Source of the DNA: Octopus bimaculoides
Lineage: Eukaryota
Direction of reading: 5' to 3'
Assembly: GCF_001194135.2 (NCBI RefSeq)
Contig: NC_068983.1
Coordinates: forward strand, 126,776,805 to 126,833,956
Length of the DNA: 57,152 bases
Part shown: positions 11,666 to 26,572 of the stretch, piece by piece
How the letters are laid out: each line of letters opens with the position of its first letter
How positions within the stretch are numbered: position 1 is the stretch's first letter
Position numbers and translations under genes: made by a program
The notes under the pieces: model-generated
The model's input: only the letters and a program-made list of their open reading frames with translations
What the model was told of the DNA's origin: nothing
The model's database searches: none

Positions 11666-14074
11666 AGAACTGCTTTCAATTTCACATCCAAAAGTATGAT
11701 TCACACAAATCTAACTCTCTGATGGAGATAGTTGCTCATGTAAAGATAATATTATGTAATCTTGGAACAGTCGTTAAGTCACAGGTGAATGTTGAATTAA
11801 GATCCATTCATGAAACGCATGCGCAACGACGTTACCACTTTCAGGAGTTACTAGAATATCAAAATAGCGGACAAGTACACAAAGCTTTTGAAAGAATAGA
11901 ACCAAACTATGTCATTGCGTGAAAATTATTAGGAAAATTTCATATTTTATATTTCAGCAGCGATAGGAGATTCTAACTATAGTTAGAGGTAAGGAGCTTG
12001 TTACTAAAAAAACAAAACAAAGTACCATTGCTTTGTCTATCCCTACCTGTCTTTGTGACCCATAATTCATGCGTTGTTTATATATCCATTCTTTCACGTC
12101 TCCATTCAATATTTCTTCGTTTTCTTTTTTTCTTTCTTGACATATTCATGCCTTTCTATTCTTCTTCTCTCTTCGGAAGCAAAGTTCTTACCGCACAAGC
12201 TTAGCATCTATGTTATACTTATTCCGTAGACTTTTTTCCCCACCAGAACATTTTCTAGACCCAAACATGCATATCTAACTGCCGTAAATTATTTAAGTTA
12301 GTTATTCAAGTCTGTCAGTTTAGTTTGCAGTCGTAGGACTGCTGCCATGCAAGGGCACCCCATTAATTAATTTTTTAAAGGATTTGTTGTAGTTTTATGG
12401 TTGAAAGTTGTGTCGATGATTCAATGTGTAATAGCGAAACGTCCCTGAATGTAACCTTGAATGATTGGCTGGTCCGTATCACCTTTAGAATTTTAATCAA
12501 TATATTCTTCGTAATGTTTCAGTAGAAGTCCTTTTTATATTTGTGATTTCTTTGAGTAAGCAGTTGAACAATTGAGGACTTCTAAATATCAGAGAGGTGC
12601 AACAGAGTGATTTTGCTCATGATTTCGAAGGTGTTATATTTGGAAGTTGAGAGTATCCACTAGTCTCCGAGACACTAAACTTTACATGGGATTTTCCATT
12701 TTTCTCTTACTCATTTTTTTACAGAAATGAAAGTAGTGTAGTTGGAAATTTAACATCTTTGATTATGTAAAAATCAAGAAGCAGCATCATTTCTAAAATT
12801 AAACCAACTCAATGCAATCAACAAATCAGTATTATTCACAATTTATAATGTCAGGCATAATAATGCATTATGTTCTAAAGAAAACGCGTGTACTTGTTCC
12901 AGAACGAATATTTAGATCATATCTAACAAATAACTTTGATGTTCTTTCTCGTGATTATATCATTATAAAGAGAAGTTAAACTTCTCGAAATTTCATCTCA
13001 TTCTTTATAAATGTATAATAGTAATAAATAATAGTAAGTGCATAATATTATTGTATAAAACGAATACTGCATACACATTTAGACTTGTAGACAACCAGGC
13101 ACGCAAAGTAGACTCATAGCCATTAGCTATCATACGCACAAAAAACAAGCATACACGCAGAAAAGCTCGCTTATAGATAAATAGGTAATAAGAATATAAA
13201 TAAAACGATTACGATTATGGAATAATTGACATATAAAGGCAGGCAAGAAAACATATGTCAAGAAAGAAAACATGTGGTGGGAAATGCATCGAAACAACAA
13301 TAGATGAAGGTATAAGTGTGTGATCTTCCTTCGCAAGTAAGTATGACTTAAAAGTTGTACCGTGCTTTTTCAAAATGTTGAGAGATTGCGTGCACAAATT
13401 CTCACTAGTTTAAACACTAAAGATATAAGACCTAGATGATGATAGGTCTGCATCAGCACTAAGCGCTTCATATTTTCAGCTGAGTAGCCTTGAGTAATGT
13501 GAACTTATGAGCCAAAATGTGCATGATTTGAGCCTACGGTGTTATCACGGTTAATATCGCTTCCTAGACATTAGGCCATGCATCTCTACGGAAGAAACAG
13601 TACAACCAAAATTAATCCGACAATGAAAGAAAGTGGAGAGGTTCGAACGTACGACTCATATTTTATGCTTTAACAACAGAGAACGAATCGGGTTAACTAT
13701 ATGAGAAAATAACAAACAAACTGAAACGGTGATAAATTTTCGAAAACTACTTACATCGCAGGTCTAGTGCACACAATACACACATACATATATCTGCATA
13801 CATGTACACACACGCGCACACAAATGTGTATATATATATGTTTAGCAAAACAAACAGGACTATAGCATTCATAACAGGCGTGTATATATATGTATATATA
13901 ATGTTCATCTGGCAGGAGTTTCAAAGCGATAGAATGACAGAGTTTCGTGTATTTAAAGTACAAACTCCTATGTTAGCAGATAGTTTTGATACAAACTTAC
14001 ACTCGAACCTTCAACATTGACACACAAATATACACTAATACACACCCACATATACACATACACACAAACACACA

Positions 14075-14115
<41 letters not shown>

Positions 14116-14755
14116 ACACGTATACATTACACGCATAAACAGTTGTAGTGAATAACAGTTTATCAATGTGGAATTCTTTCATTCAGATGAGATCATTTCA
14201 CAATCTTCTACTAAAATTAAGATGCGAGACCTGTGTTTTACTGTTTTTGAAGCACTTCCAATTCTGAGTTATTGGATTTTCACACAGATTCATGGCACCT
14301 ATTTAAGTCTTCGTCATATTCACAACTGGATCAATGGCGTCCACTTGTCTACGTGATCTACAACGACAAATTCATCCTCTCATTTCACTTGTTTATATAA
14401 TTAACATCAAAATCTTCTCTAACAAAATTTCTGCCATTTGTACATAGCAGTTATGCACACAATTCGTTGTAATTGCGTCGTTCGAATTTAGCCTTAATTA
14501 AACTACTGAATTTAAACATGTACAAATGCCATGCACCTTAATAAAAGGCATTACAGCTTTGATATTCCTCACAGAGAATGTTTATAGTTTCTTTATTTTC
14601 AGTTTTCGTTTGTAGTCGCCCATTTTCGTTATCCATTTGGTGTCGATTAATGGAATTGTTGACTTTAAATTTATTACAGTATTTGTTGTAAATGCATGCT
14701 TCTACTCATTTATTGCTGTTTCTTCTTCAACACACACTCTGAAGAAACAAACATG

Positions 14756-14803
<48 letters not shown>

Positions 14804-15582
14804 CACACGCACACACACACACACACACAAACACATGCATACATCCCTGTACTTACAGGCACGCAACTCATTGCGGCTACGCAGATTGAAACACGACCAT
14901 AAATCGAAACCGTTTTTCTTTCTACCTTGTTTATGATATATTCTTTGTTAAACATTTAAGGATTAAATATGTATGCTATATGTTGAGATGAGAAGTTTGT
15001 GCAGAAGATACATAGCTTACCCCCATTCCAAACCAACAGTACACTGCAATGCATGTGTGATTAAATTATAAACCCATTTCTTTGCTTTCAGTGATATTTA
15101 AATTGTCAGTCTTTCGCTGTTTCATTCATACGGCAGTATTCTCTCTTTGCTTCAGATATCAAATCCTGTCAGCAATGGAAAAAGCAACAACAAAGCAAGC
15201 AAAATCATTTATAATTCCCATGCCTTGACATATATTATACTAGTTTTCTACTGCAATTTTTCATAACTATCTTTCCAGGTAGAATCAAAAACATGCAGTC
15301 AAATATTGAATTTTAAACGGCAGGCTGTTGTATATACATAGAAACCTTATCCTCTATAGAATCTATCTCACTACACAACGACTATTGCCAATGCCATGAC
15401 AGTGCATGGCAGTGAAAGTTTGTGTCCTGGAATACATAATATGAAATACTGTCTCCAGAATATACAATGAGGTTGATTATATTATATTTAATATAGCCAC
15501 AAATTCTGCTCTATCAACTGGACCAAGGCTGATTTCCGAATATTCGGCATAAGCCGCTCCTTCTTTCAACATTTATATTAAT

Positions 15583-15810
15583 TAAGGCGGCGAGCTGACA
15601 GAATCGTTAGCAAAATGGGCTAAATGCTTAGTGGTATTTCGTCTGCCGTTACGTTCGCAGTTGAAATTCCGCCGCGTTCGACTTTGCCTTTCAACCTTTC
15701 GGGGTCGATTAAATACGTACCAGTTACGCACTGGTGTCGATGTAATCGACTTAACCCCTTTGCCTGTCCTTGTTTGTCTCGTCTACGTTTAGCACCCTGT
15801 GTGCAATAAA
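15583..15810 (+). mobile_element. tRNA-derived SINE family C (central domain resembles the Meta domain)
   Basis: taaggcggcgagctgacagaatcgttagc...gttgaaattccgccgcgttcgactttgcctttcaacctttcggggtcgattaaatacgtaccag; several homologous copies in the window. The Meta-domain assignment is from memory. Confidence 0.8.
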
Positions 15811-15854
15811 GAAATAAATATTTATATTAATTCCTTTCACACTTCTTCGATTTC

Positions 15855-15990
15855 TAACTCCAAATTCCACCGCGGTCGACTTTGCCTCACATCTTCCAGG
15901 ATAGATAAAATAAATACCAGTCGAGCACTGGCATCGATGTAATCGACTCACCCACCTCCCTAGAATTTGTTGGCATTGTATCAACATTTG
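15855..15990 (+). mobile_element. SINE family C, 5'-truncated copy tandem to 15583-15810
   Basis: tccaaattccaccgcggtcgactttgcc...aataccagtcgagcactggcatcgatgtaatcgact repeats the body of the upstream copy. Confidence 0.75.
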
Positions 15991-16611
15991 AAATCAATAT
16001 TTATATTCGTTGAGGCATTTCTGTTCAAAAAGAAAGGGGTAAGAATTGGCGGTGTTTTATTTAATGTAATAATTCGAAAATCAAATAAAACTCGAGAGTC
16101 CTGGCTATCTGTAACACTGAATTCTTACTTCTCCCCCAATGACCTTCCCAAGAAGACTGATGGTTTGACTAATATGCAGGAACAATTTAAGAGAAAAGTT
16201 TTTTTAAATATTTTATGATATGATTCATCTGACTTAAAGGCGTACATTTAGTTTCATGAATAGTTCGGTATGTGTTAACGGAGTTAAAGAAAGGTGGAAA
16301 GATGTAAGATGTCTAAGAAATTTTCACTAACGAACATAGCTGCAATGGGAAACCGTTGACTTGTATTGATTTAGAAAACAGCATATAAAATTCATCTGAT
16401 ACTGCCGGGTGTTTTTGACCAGCAGTGGAATCAGTAGTTCGTAATTTCTATAGAAGCTTCCTTTATTAGAAGTTAATTTTCCCCCAAAATCTTTTAATTC
16501 CAATATTTCTCTGAAATACATTTAACAATATAAGTTTACTTAATGATGTATTGTTACACTTATTCAGTTACACTCGGACACATCCTTTCTCTCTCATTTC
16601 GCGCCTCTCGT

Positions 16612-16643
<32 letters not shown>

Positions 16644-16708
16644 TGTATACACATACACATAGTGTAATCAAGACAATAATTTTGACTGGAATACAAGCAA
16701 TATTTCAA

Positions 16709-16928
16709 ACCATTAGCATTTAAATAGCTCATATCTGGCCAAATTGTTCAATCATTTTTATATTCAAAATGACAAGATCTGATGTCTCATACGTTTCCTA
16801 CAATGTCATTCTAAAAATAAACAATCAAATCATGGAAATGTTGAAATTACAAGATGATGCATGATTAATTGAAAGCAATATGAATAAATAACCAATACAT
16901 CTGACAGAACAACTTGAATACTAAAGGG
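16709..16928. mobile_element. piggyBac-type MITE (~220 bp)
   Basis: Right end gaatactaaaGGG followed by TTAA (16929-16932); left end tcaa-accattagcatt is a decayed TTAA-CCCTTTAGCATT inverted partner. TTAA target with CCC/GGG termini is diagnostic of piggyBac. Confidence 0.6.
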
Positions 16929-17055
16929 TTAAATTTAACTGTCGAATCAATTTTATGTGGCCAAAACTAATTTTTCTCCTCCCAGCTCGTCAAAATCAGT
17001 CATCGTTGTCCTATCTGTTTACTTGTTACTCATGCGGTAAGTAACCGTGTATTTT

Positions 17056-17110
<55 letters not shown>

Positions 17111-17429
17111 TATTTTTGATATACATTTTACTTATATTTCGTGAAGTTTTACTATGTTTACATTCGTGGTAACGAATGCTTTTCAGTTTAACCCAGGTTA
17201 TTGTGTATTTTTATTGATGTAGGGCAACAATATTTAATGTGTCCTTCATTTTAAAAATGTTAGAGCATAGTGTGATGGGGAGATTTGGCTGTTATTTTTA
17301 GCAAATTGAACAACCACACAGAGATTACCTCAATGGCTCATTTGCTGATGTGTATAAGTAAACAAAAACCAAGGGAAATGGTTCTTTATCTGCTTCTAGG
17401 ATTATCATTCCAGTTCTATGACCAACTGG

Positions 17430-17535
17430 ACTGGTTACACATTCAACTGGTACTTATTTTATCAACCCTCGAATGACAAAAGTGAAAGTCAACATAGGTG
17501 GAATTTGAAGTCAGAATGTAAAGCATTTTTCCCAG
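17430..17535 (-). mobile_element. SINE family C fragment
   Basis: aactggtacttattttatcaaccctcgaatgacaaaagtgaaagtcaacataggtggaatttgaagtcagaatgtaaag matches the reverse complement of the family C body. Confidence 0.65.
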
Positions 17536-18841
17536 GTGGGGTGGAGCGGTGGACATTAGATTGATGATAAGAAGAGAAAAGGCAAGTGGGATGGGAACAT
17601 TTCAGAGGAGGTGAGGTGAGCTCAGTTAGCTTGCAAGGAACAGAAGCCATATAGTAAGAGTAGACAAGGCCGAGAGAGGTAAGGTGGCCAAAGCATTAGG
17701 AGTAAAATTTGGTAAATCGAAACTCTGTGGAACCCTGCCAAATGAAGTACAACTAATTTAAAGTACTATCATAGTCTCACACCAAATATGTAATCAATAA
17801 TCCGAATAAAGAAAACTATGACCCACAGCTCCCTGTCAGCAGAATTATTCATCTGATATTTAGTAGGTTGCAAAAGTATATAAGAATGCTATAGGGAAAT
17901 TAACTAAGTGTACAGATTTATGTGTGATTTTTGAAGTTATTTGTGTCAGTAAATCTTGGACTTACTTTTATCAGTAATTCCGGAAACTACAACAACATCG
18001 CAAAAACGTTGCAAAAGTAAATAAGAAATTTGTAGGCAATTTTAACGAAGTGCACGGATTAAAATGAAATTTGTGAAGTTACTTCTGTCATTAAATTATG
18101 AAATTACTTTCATCAGTAATTGTGAACTTCTTTCTGTGTGCAATTTGTCGTTATTTAAATAGCAATCGAACTGAAAGTGAAAACAATAGACGGTGATTAT
18201 ATATATATATATATGGGAGAATATACAAATAATAACAACAGACGAGGACAGGTGGTGTAAATAACAAAAGTATATATATATATATATATATANNNNNNNN
18301 NNNNNNNNNNNNNNNNNNNNNNNNNNNNNNNNNNNNNNNNNNNNNNNNNNNNNNNNNNNNNNNNNNNNNNNNNNNNNNNNNNNNNNNNNNNNNNNNNNNN
18401 NNNNNNNNNNNNNNNNNNNNNNNNNNNNNNNNNNNNNNNNNNNNNNNNNNNNNNNNNNNNNNNNNNNNNNNNNNNNNNNNNNNNNNNNNNNNNNNNNNNN
18501 NNNNNNNNNNNNNNNNNNNNNNNNNNNNNNNNNNNNNNNNNNNNNNNNNNNNNNNNNNNNNNNNNNNNNNNNNNNNNNNNNNNNNNNNNNNNNNNNNNNN
18601 NNNNNNNNNNNNNNNNNNNNNNNNNNNNNNNNNNNNNNNNNNNNNNNNNNNNNNNNNNNNNNNNNNNNNNNNNNNNNNNNNNNNNNNNNNNNNNNNNNNN
18701 NNNNNNNNNNNNNNNNNNNNNNNNNNNNNNNNNNNNNNNNNNNNNNNNNNNNNNNNNNNNNNNNNNNNNNNNNNNNNNNNNNNNNNNNNNNNNNNNNNNN
18801 NNNNNNNNNNNNNNNNNNNNNNNNNNNNNNNNNNNNNNNNN

Positions 18842-18906
<65 letters not shown>

Positions 18907-19698
18907 CAGGGTTACATATTATTAATACATCTTTTAGTAATTCACAATTAATCATCACGTTTTATTGAACTCTTTTTGAGCATAGGTACTTGTGTATGAA
19001 TATAAATATTAATATCTTAATCATACAATTACATATTTATTTCATTTTTACGCATATAATTACTACATAGATTTATATATATATATATATATATTATCTT
19101 TTGGATAGATATTTTGACTATTAATAATTTCTTTTTGTTACTAATCTCAATAATAAACTAGAAATACATTTAGCCCAAAATTAATATGATAATTACATAC
19201 ATGGTAAATTACTATTTATTATATATGTCTAAACCTTCTAAATATCATCTAGTGTATATCAATGTATATTTACTTTCCCACTAAATATACACCCTTGTCC
19301 CCTCCCCTACCAAACGTATCCATATAACAATGCTCAGTGTCCTGTAATGTTCTGTATACCTAACATCTAATAATATATTAGTATATCTTTTCTTCTATCT
19401 CAGAATATATTCTGCTTTATAAAATAATTTAAATATTACAATTATAATCTTTAAAGTCTGAATCGAAACAGCTGCTACAGATCATTTTTTTGCAGTTGAT
19501 AAATATACTTATTAATTGATGTATCTCCATTTCCTTATTTTTCTTGAATAAGTATAAACCTCAGTTAATCTAATTACCTATTATTCCAGAGCATTATAAT
19601 TAATTTTCACAACAATACTAGGTAATGTACGAGTAATTCAGTGGATATTGCTATCCCTGAATGAGGCTCATCCATCCTCCAATTGAACTATGTATAAA

Positions 19699-19744
<46 letters not shown>

Positions 19745-19751
<7 letters not shown>

Positions 19752-20547
19752 ATATATATGTATGTACGTATAAATGTGTAATGGAGTCAGCGTGTTTTGG
19801 GGGTTACTGTAACTCCTCCTACGGTCGTAATATTTCGAAAACTTGATAATGCTTAGCAGGCATCGATTTTTGTGAGCTCAATCGGGCGTATGAATGGAAA
19901 TTCCCATAACGATGTTATTTTCCTTGTAGCTTTTGTATTGTTTTGTCCGATTTTGATGAAAATCGATGAGTGAGCGAGGTTCATAGTATTGAGTTGATGT
20001 CAGTATATGGTGTTGACAAAAAACCGATAATTGCACATGAGAAGTGGTTTTATGAAGCAATAGGCCTTTTGCGTTCAAATACCCATGGAGATTTTATTTT
20101 TGGCCGTAACATTTATATTTTTCATCCGATTCCAATGAAATTAGTTATTTAGGTAAATTTTGTGGTAGGGAAGGCGGTAAATGTTTTTATTTTATTCCAG
20201 AGGAATCGGAAGAGCACAGGCGTGTATCAGCATTTTTTCAGAGACTATATTATCGAGTCTTAAGATATGTTACACGTGATTACAGTTCATTCCCATAAGT
20301 TGAATGCGGCATGTAGAGTTGACAAAAAATCGATAATTGCGCGTGAGCAGGGGAATATTATAAAACTAATTGACATTTCGTGTGCAATTGAACTACTCTC
20401 CAATCAACACGGAAATTATAGGGTACCTCTCCTAAATTACCTCGAACATGACGCCATCCGTAAGATTCAGAAAGAAATTTCATCAAGCAACTGCATAGGC
20501 TTATCTTTAGCTCAGAAAACCCCAGCAACGCCGGGTACAACAGGTAG
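19745..20547 (+). mobile_element. Non-autonomous Helitron-like element
   Basis: 3' end cccagc-aac-gccggg hairpin (20521-20535), 8 nt, gtag|t (decayed CTAG|T): same architecture as 5187-5214. Internal duplicated block gttgacaaaaaaccgataattgcacatgag (~20031) / gttgacaaaaaatcgataattgcgcgtgag (~20318). 5' end merges with a microsatellite. Confidence 0.6.
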
Positions 20548-20552
20548 TATAC

Positions 20553-20606
<54 letters not shown>

Positions 20607-21079
20607 CTTTTCAAACATCTGCTTCCACGATTTGGAATTGCTAAACATTCTTTAGAAATGTTGCACAGTTCGATATAGCTAACAATTTTCAGTTTCTGAT
20701 GTTTCCGAACAGAACTGAAGAGTTATATCTCTTTTAAATTTTAATAGATTTATCATAAACTCATACACGCACGCATATTTATGTAACATATAACATTTTT
20801 AAAGTATTCTTCTATCCTACAGGCTTATTAAACCAGAGCTTATCCGGCATCGATTGTATTTGATCGACTGAGTGGTCACGATTACCATCATAACTATACA
20901 CCGGTTTTACCTTGCTACTCCTATTTCATAGTTATAACAAAGTAACGAGAATAGAAAGTCTTGTATTCATATGCACAAGGTGTGTACCAGTGTGTGTGTG
21001 AGAGAGTAGGTGTACGGGTATGTATGTACACACACTCACACTCACATACAGAAACATACATACATATGTTCTGCACAAA

Positions 21080-21660
21080 CCCAATAAACCTGGCCCATCC
21101 AAATTCCTGCCAGGGGCTGCCCAACAGGGCACAAATCAAGACACTTTGACCCCATCCTTTGTCCATTAGTCTTCTCTTTCTTCCCATATTCACGGCACCA
21201 ACAACACTTTATTTACCTTTCTAGCTCCTCTTCCTTCCCTTCAGGGCCCTTCCTGCCTCCGCTTTACCATGAGCATCCAATCCTTCTGTACCGTCACCCC
21301 CAGAATGACCGCCTCCCTGACTCCTTGCTTTCCAGTACTCTCTCCACCGTCACTCTATCCTGAAACAAAGAACATCTACTCCTCCTCTCCTTTCTGAAAA
21401 GGATCTCGTACTTAACTGTTTCACATTTGCGGGCATGTCTACCAGCATAGATCTGGGGTCACCATGGGAACGAGAATGGACCACATTTCGGTTATGTTGA
21501 GGCCAATATATTCTCTCAGCTCTCCCGACTAATCCCAGAGCTATACGGTCGTTACATATATGACTGTATTGCGGCAACATCCCTCTCAGTAATTTCATCG
21601 CTGTCATTTCCGACACCTCTATCAACTTTCTGGAAACCTCTTTTCAACTACATTACATCC
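21080..21660 (+). mobile_element. Penelope-like (Neptune-like) RT fragment, heavily decayed
   Basis: Frameshifted peptides DLVLNCFTF, GVTMGTRM, FGYVEANIFSQL, PELYGRYIYDCIAATS and ISDTSINFLE parallel the 31.3-33.7 kb element (GVAMGTSMGPNYANL, LYGRYTDDCNGATS). Confidence 0.75.
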
Positions 21661-22705
21661 GAAACACTTTCTCTTGTATATCTTATGATCTCACATATTG
21701 TCTCAAATATACCCTTTGCGACGACTCTTTATATGTTGGACAGACTGGCCACCATCTAGCTGATAGACTTACAGATTCCTCACCTATATGGACACACACA
21801 CACACACACCATACTAACATATGCATACGCAAACATGAAAACATACAGATACACATGCACACCCCGTCCAGATGTACTATCACACACTCATATGCACACG
21901 CACAAACACACACGTACACACACAGTGACACACATGCACTCTCAAACATCACTTGATCTATCAACCCTATGTTTGTCCATTACCAAATCTCATTACTGCT
22001 ACTAACCTACTCCCTTACTTCCCTCATACACTTCTCACTCTCATAAACACAACCACACGCACACATATGCTGTCATCCCAGACAACTCTGTCTAATTTAC
22101 AAACACATACTCGCCACAAGTACATGTATACACATTTCAAATACATGCACTCATATACACGCCACACACACGCACATACTCTCTCTCTCTCGTTCATTTA
22201 CACATACTCAGAGACATAACGGCCATGTTTACACTTGCATTTCTTCAAAATCCACGTTCTTTTTCTCTCTCCAACTTTCAATTAGTTATATTTCGGCCAC
22301 GTAACGACACACGTGCAGTGATTGGACTATCTACTTCTTCGTGCTCTTTCTACTCTTTGGACCTCTTCCTTTTTCCAACGAATCGTCGCTCCTATTTTTT
22401 TCCATGAACAATTTCAACTGTGCGTCGAATGTAATACATTAACTGTGCGTCTATTAACTTATTTTGTTCTTCATATTTTCAACTGCAATTTGCATATGCA
22501 TATATNNNNNNNNNNNNNNNNNNNNNNNNNNNNNNNNNNNNNNNNNNNNNNNNNNNNNNNNNNNNNNNNNNNNNNNNNNNNNNNNNNNNNNNNNNNNNNN
22601 NNNNNNNNNNNNNNNNNNNNNNNNNNNNNNNNNNNNNNNNNNNNNNNNNNNNNNNNNNNNNNNNNNNNNNNNNNNNNNNNNNNNNNNNNNNCACACACAC
22701 ACACA

Positions 22706-22752
<47 letters not shown>

Positions 22753-23146
22753 TATACACATGGATACAACCGCAAACTCACATATACATATGTGTATGTA
22801 TGTATTGAGGAATGTATGAATGTTGCAGCTTTTATTTTCGTATGCATATTTGCATACAGTACTTTCGGATTCATTTCCTTCATTCATCGCCAACCATTCC
22901 TATTTTTGGCATAATACTTTTTAATTGCAGATACTCTCAAGTATCTCCTAACACTCATTCCATAATTTGTCCTTAATTACTTGTAAGTGAAACAAGATTC
23001 ATTGTCCTTTGAATGAAGAACTGATTAAAATTTGAACGTCAATGCACATGATTGACGATGGTCAAGACACACACACCTGCGCGCACACACACACTCATAT
23101 ACACACACATTAGATCACTTAATTTAACTTGCTGAATTTGTGGTCA

Positions 23147-23468
<322 letters not shown>

Positions 23469-24093
23469 TATCTTAGTGAATTAAGCAGGGCATGCCATTG
23501 ATACTATTATCCCTTTCTTTTTATTTATGAATCGATCAGCTATATTTTCAATATTTTATTTAATGCTTTACTGCAAATCCCAAATCTCATCACACGTCAA
23601 AACACGCTTTATTTGCTGATTTCTATATGCTATCAGAATTTCCTATCTAGTTCCAAAGGACCGTGGATAGCTGTCACTTTTATTTCGTAACTTATGATAA
23701 AATATCTTATGTATTTTAAGCTAGTATTAATATATTGCACTAGGAAAATTTATATAGTTCTATTTTTTTGGGGTGGGGAGGCTGACACTATTCAGACATG
23801 TTAAAGAGGTATATGCATCTAAATTTCCAACATCGCATATCCTATGTAGCAGTGTCGCAAATTTTATCAACCTGCAATCTGAAGTATTAAATATTAACAT
23901 TTACTTACACGAAAACATTTCTACGTATAATATTCCATTACAGATTCTTCAAAATGAAATAAGTTTAATCTGTTTGGTAATGCATTACCCCATCACCTGA
24001 GAGGTTTGCGAGAGGCTGATTGATAGAATTTTCGAAGGCATAGAGCGAAGCATTCATCAGAATGTCGTGTAACACTGGGGAATTTACTTACTC

Positions 24094-24126
<33 letters not shown>

Positions 24127-24461
24127 GGGGANNNNNNNNNNNNNNNNNNNNNNNNNNNNNNNNNNNNNNNNNNNNNNNNNNNNNNNNNNNNNNNNNNNNN
24201 NNNAGAGAGAGAGAGAGAGAGAGAGAGAAAGAAAGATAGATAGGTATTGCGATGATTTACAGGATCTATAAATGGCATATATAAACAACTCCGTTCTTTA
24301 CTGGTTGCCAAAAGATTTTGCGTCGAGGAGTCGAAGCTATGATTGTATTATGTGGTATGTTATGAATATACTTTGAACTTTAATATGAATGTCTAAATCA
24401 TTTTATGATGTACTTTATAATATATCTGTCTTAATAATACACGTCAAACTTTGGCACAAAG

Positions 24462-24654
24462 GAAGCCATTTCGGGGGAAGGCATGAGTTGATTACATCGA
24501 CTCTATTGTTGAACTGGAACTTATTTTATCGACTCCGAAAGGATTAAAGGCAAAACCGAGCTCGGCGGAATTTGAACTTAGATCGGTGCGACGGGCGAAA
24601 TACCACTATGCACTTCATCCAGCGTGTCAGCAATTCTGCCAGCTCGCCACCTAA
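24462..24654 (-). mobile_element. SINE family C
   Basis: gattacatcgactc...ttattttatcgactccgaaaggattaaaggcaaaaccgagctcggcggaatttgaact...ttctgccagctcgccacctaa is the reverse complement of the 15583 copy. Confidence 0.85.
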
Positions 24655-26336
24655 CTTACCACAAATAATATCAAAAGTGAGACCTTGTCATATACTCCAA
24701 TTCGTAAAAGTGTATACAGCTTGTGTGTCGTTTATACGTTTTGCGTGAAGGGAGTTAATTCGCATTGTCCTTTCATTATATGCTAGCATCAACGAAAAGC
24801 AGAACAATCTTGTACACACGTGCTATTTTCAAAGGACTTTAACTAGTATATACGAGCGTGGAGCGTCGGAATGTTTCAACTAACTTATTTTCTTTTTAAT
24901 TAAAGTAATTAATAAGTCTGCATTAGCGGATGTAAGATATACATGTAAAGGCGAATGATACTTTAGTAACTCATCTCATTCTTATAGAAATCGATGAAGG
25001 CTTTGAAAATTCAGTCCCGAGATTTTCAACATTTGCGAACATTTCAAGAAGCGGTAAACAACGCCCTCGAATATATACGAAGTGACATCAGAATACAGGG
25101 TTTCTTACTCATCACGATAGACCCACATATACCAACGCTTACAATTTCACAACATTCAGAATTTATAATCTTCAAGAAATTTCGACATACTTATTCCGTG
25201 ATCCCATGTTATGATGTACTGAGGATCCCATTAGAAGGGCGAAACATCTCTATCGACTACTACTAGGACACTTTAAAAGAAAAACAATGGATTATGCGGA
25301 AATCTTATTTCATATGCTCACTCACTCAAGAGAAAACGACCTATCGTAATAATAATCAAAATGTATAAATCCTGTTCAGTTTCTCTCCCCTTAAAATTAA
25401 TCTTCACACTTTCTTTTGTTTCTTATTAAATTATCTTTCTACCCCNNNNNNNNNNACTCTCTCTCTCTCTCTCTCTTCATACAAAGGCAACTGTAGGCTC
25501 AAACACTAACATTTCCCAGCCAAAAATTTCCTACCTGAAACTTATTCAGTTATATACAAATATCTTACCCTCTTTATTTTAAAATATACACATGTTTTCA
25601 AATAAATGTTCATTTTTCATTTCACAATCATCTGCGTATTTTAAATATAAAATGCAGGAAGGAATTCATGGAGTTCTAGCTTTTATTTATATCGCCTAAC
25701 TCTGTACTAGATACAGAGTAATTCTTATTTCAGTGTGCAATCAATAAAACACTGCGTGCATTATAGCACTACTACAATAGTTATCATTTAAACTTGGCAG
25801 CACAACACATTACTATATTGCTGCAAAAGTATACAATATTCTGATTTACATTATATAAATCTTCCTGCGCTAGTAGTATGCATCGATCGGTAATAAAAAC
25901 AAATTATTAGTTCGAATGTTAAAATTTGCATAGGCAAAACTATGAAGACACTATTATAGATATAGGCGCGTACAACGTTAATGGGCTGTTCCTATTGCAT
26001 CATATTATAGAAGATACCTTTTACCTCAATAGAAACCACATCATTCGTTCAAGCATTTCGGGGTTAAAGTTAAAATTTCGACTTTCATGAGCGCAATGAA
26101 TGTCTTCAACACTATATACAACTAAAATCATGAAATCGTATAACAAACTAAAAATACACGCAAAGAAGAACAAGAATACATGAGCAAATTTTCAATCTAC
26201 TCATCCAATCCGAGAGAAACTTTGAAACTACTATCAAAAATATCCTTGGTATATTTTCAAGAAAGTTGACAACTGATATATGCAAATATATTACTATAGA
26301 CATATGACATAAATATGTCGTCTGCTGCTACTACTG

Positions 26337-26395
<59 letters not shown>

Positions 26396-26572
26396 GAACA
26401 CGCAGGTGTCCCAATCTATACGCACATGTGTATACATGCCTATTGATATATATAGGAAATAATTGAGATTCATTTGAATTAGGTACTTAAGTTGAAGCAC
26501 CAAGTCAGTCCGGTATTATCCGCACAGCTTGAAGTAAGGTAAATAAAATGAAAACAAGCAACAGAATATCAA

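Noticed and set aside
15156-15266. Acceptor-like site followed by ISNPVSNGKSNNKASKIIYNSHALTYIILVFYCNFS*, resembling a GPI-anchor tail
   Set aside because: No homology or upstream exon; such peptides arise easily in AT-rich DNA.
17540-17740. Purine-rich segment that might be a reversed PLE 3' end
   Set aside because: Peptide similarity too weak to call.
25213-25250. Hammerhead-like gatgta-CTGAGGA-tccc..gggc-GAAAC-atc
   Set aside because: Both cores are present but stem I cannot be formed and stem II is mismatched at its base; could be a decayed motif or chance.
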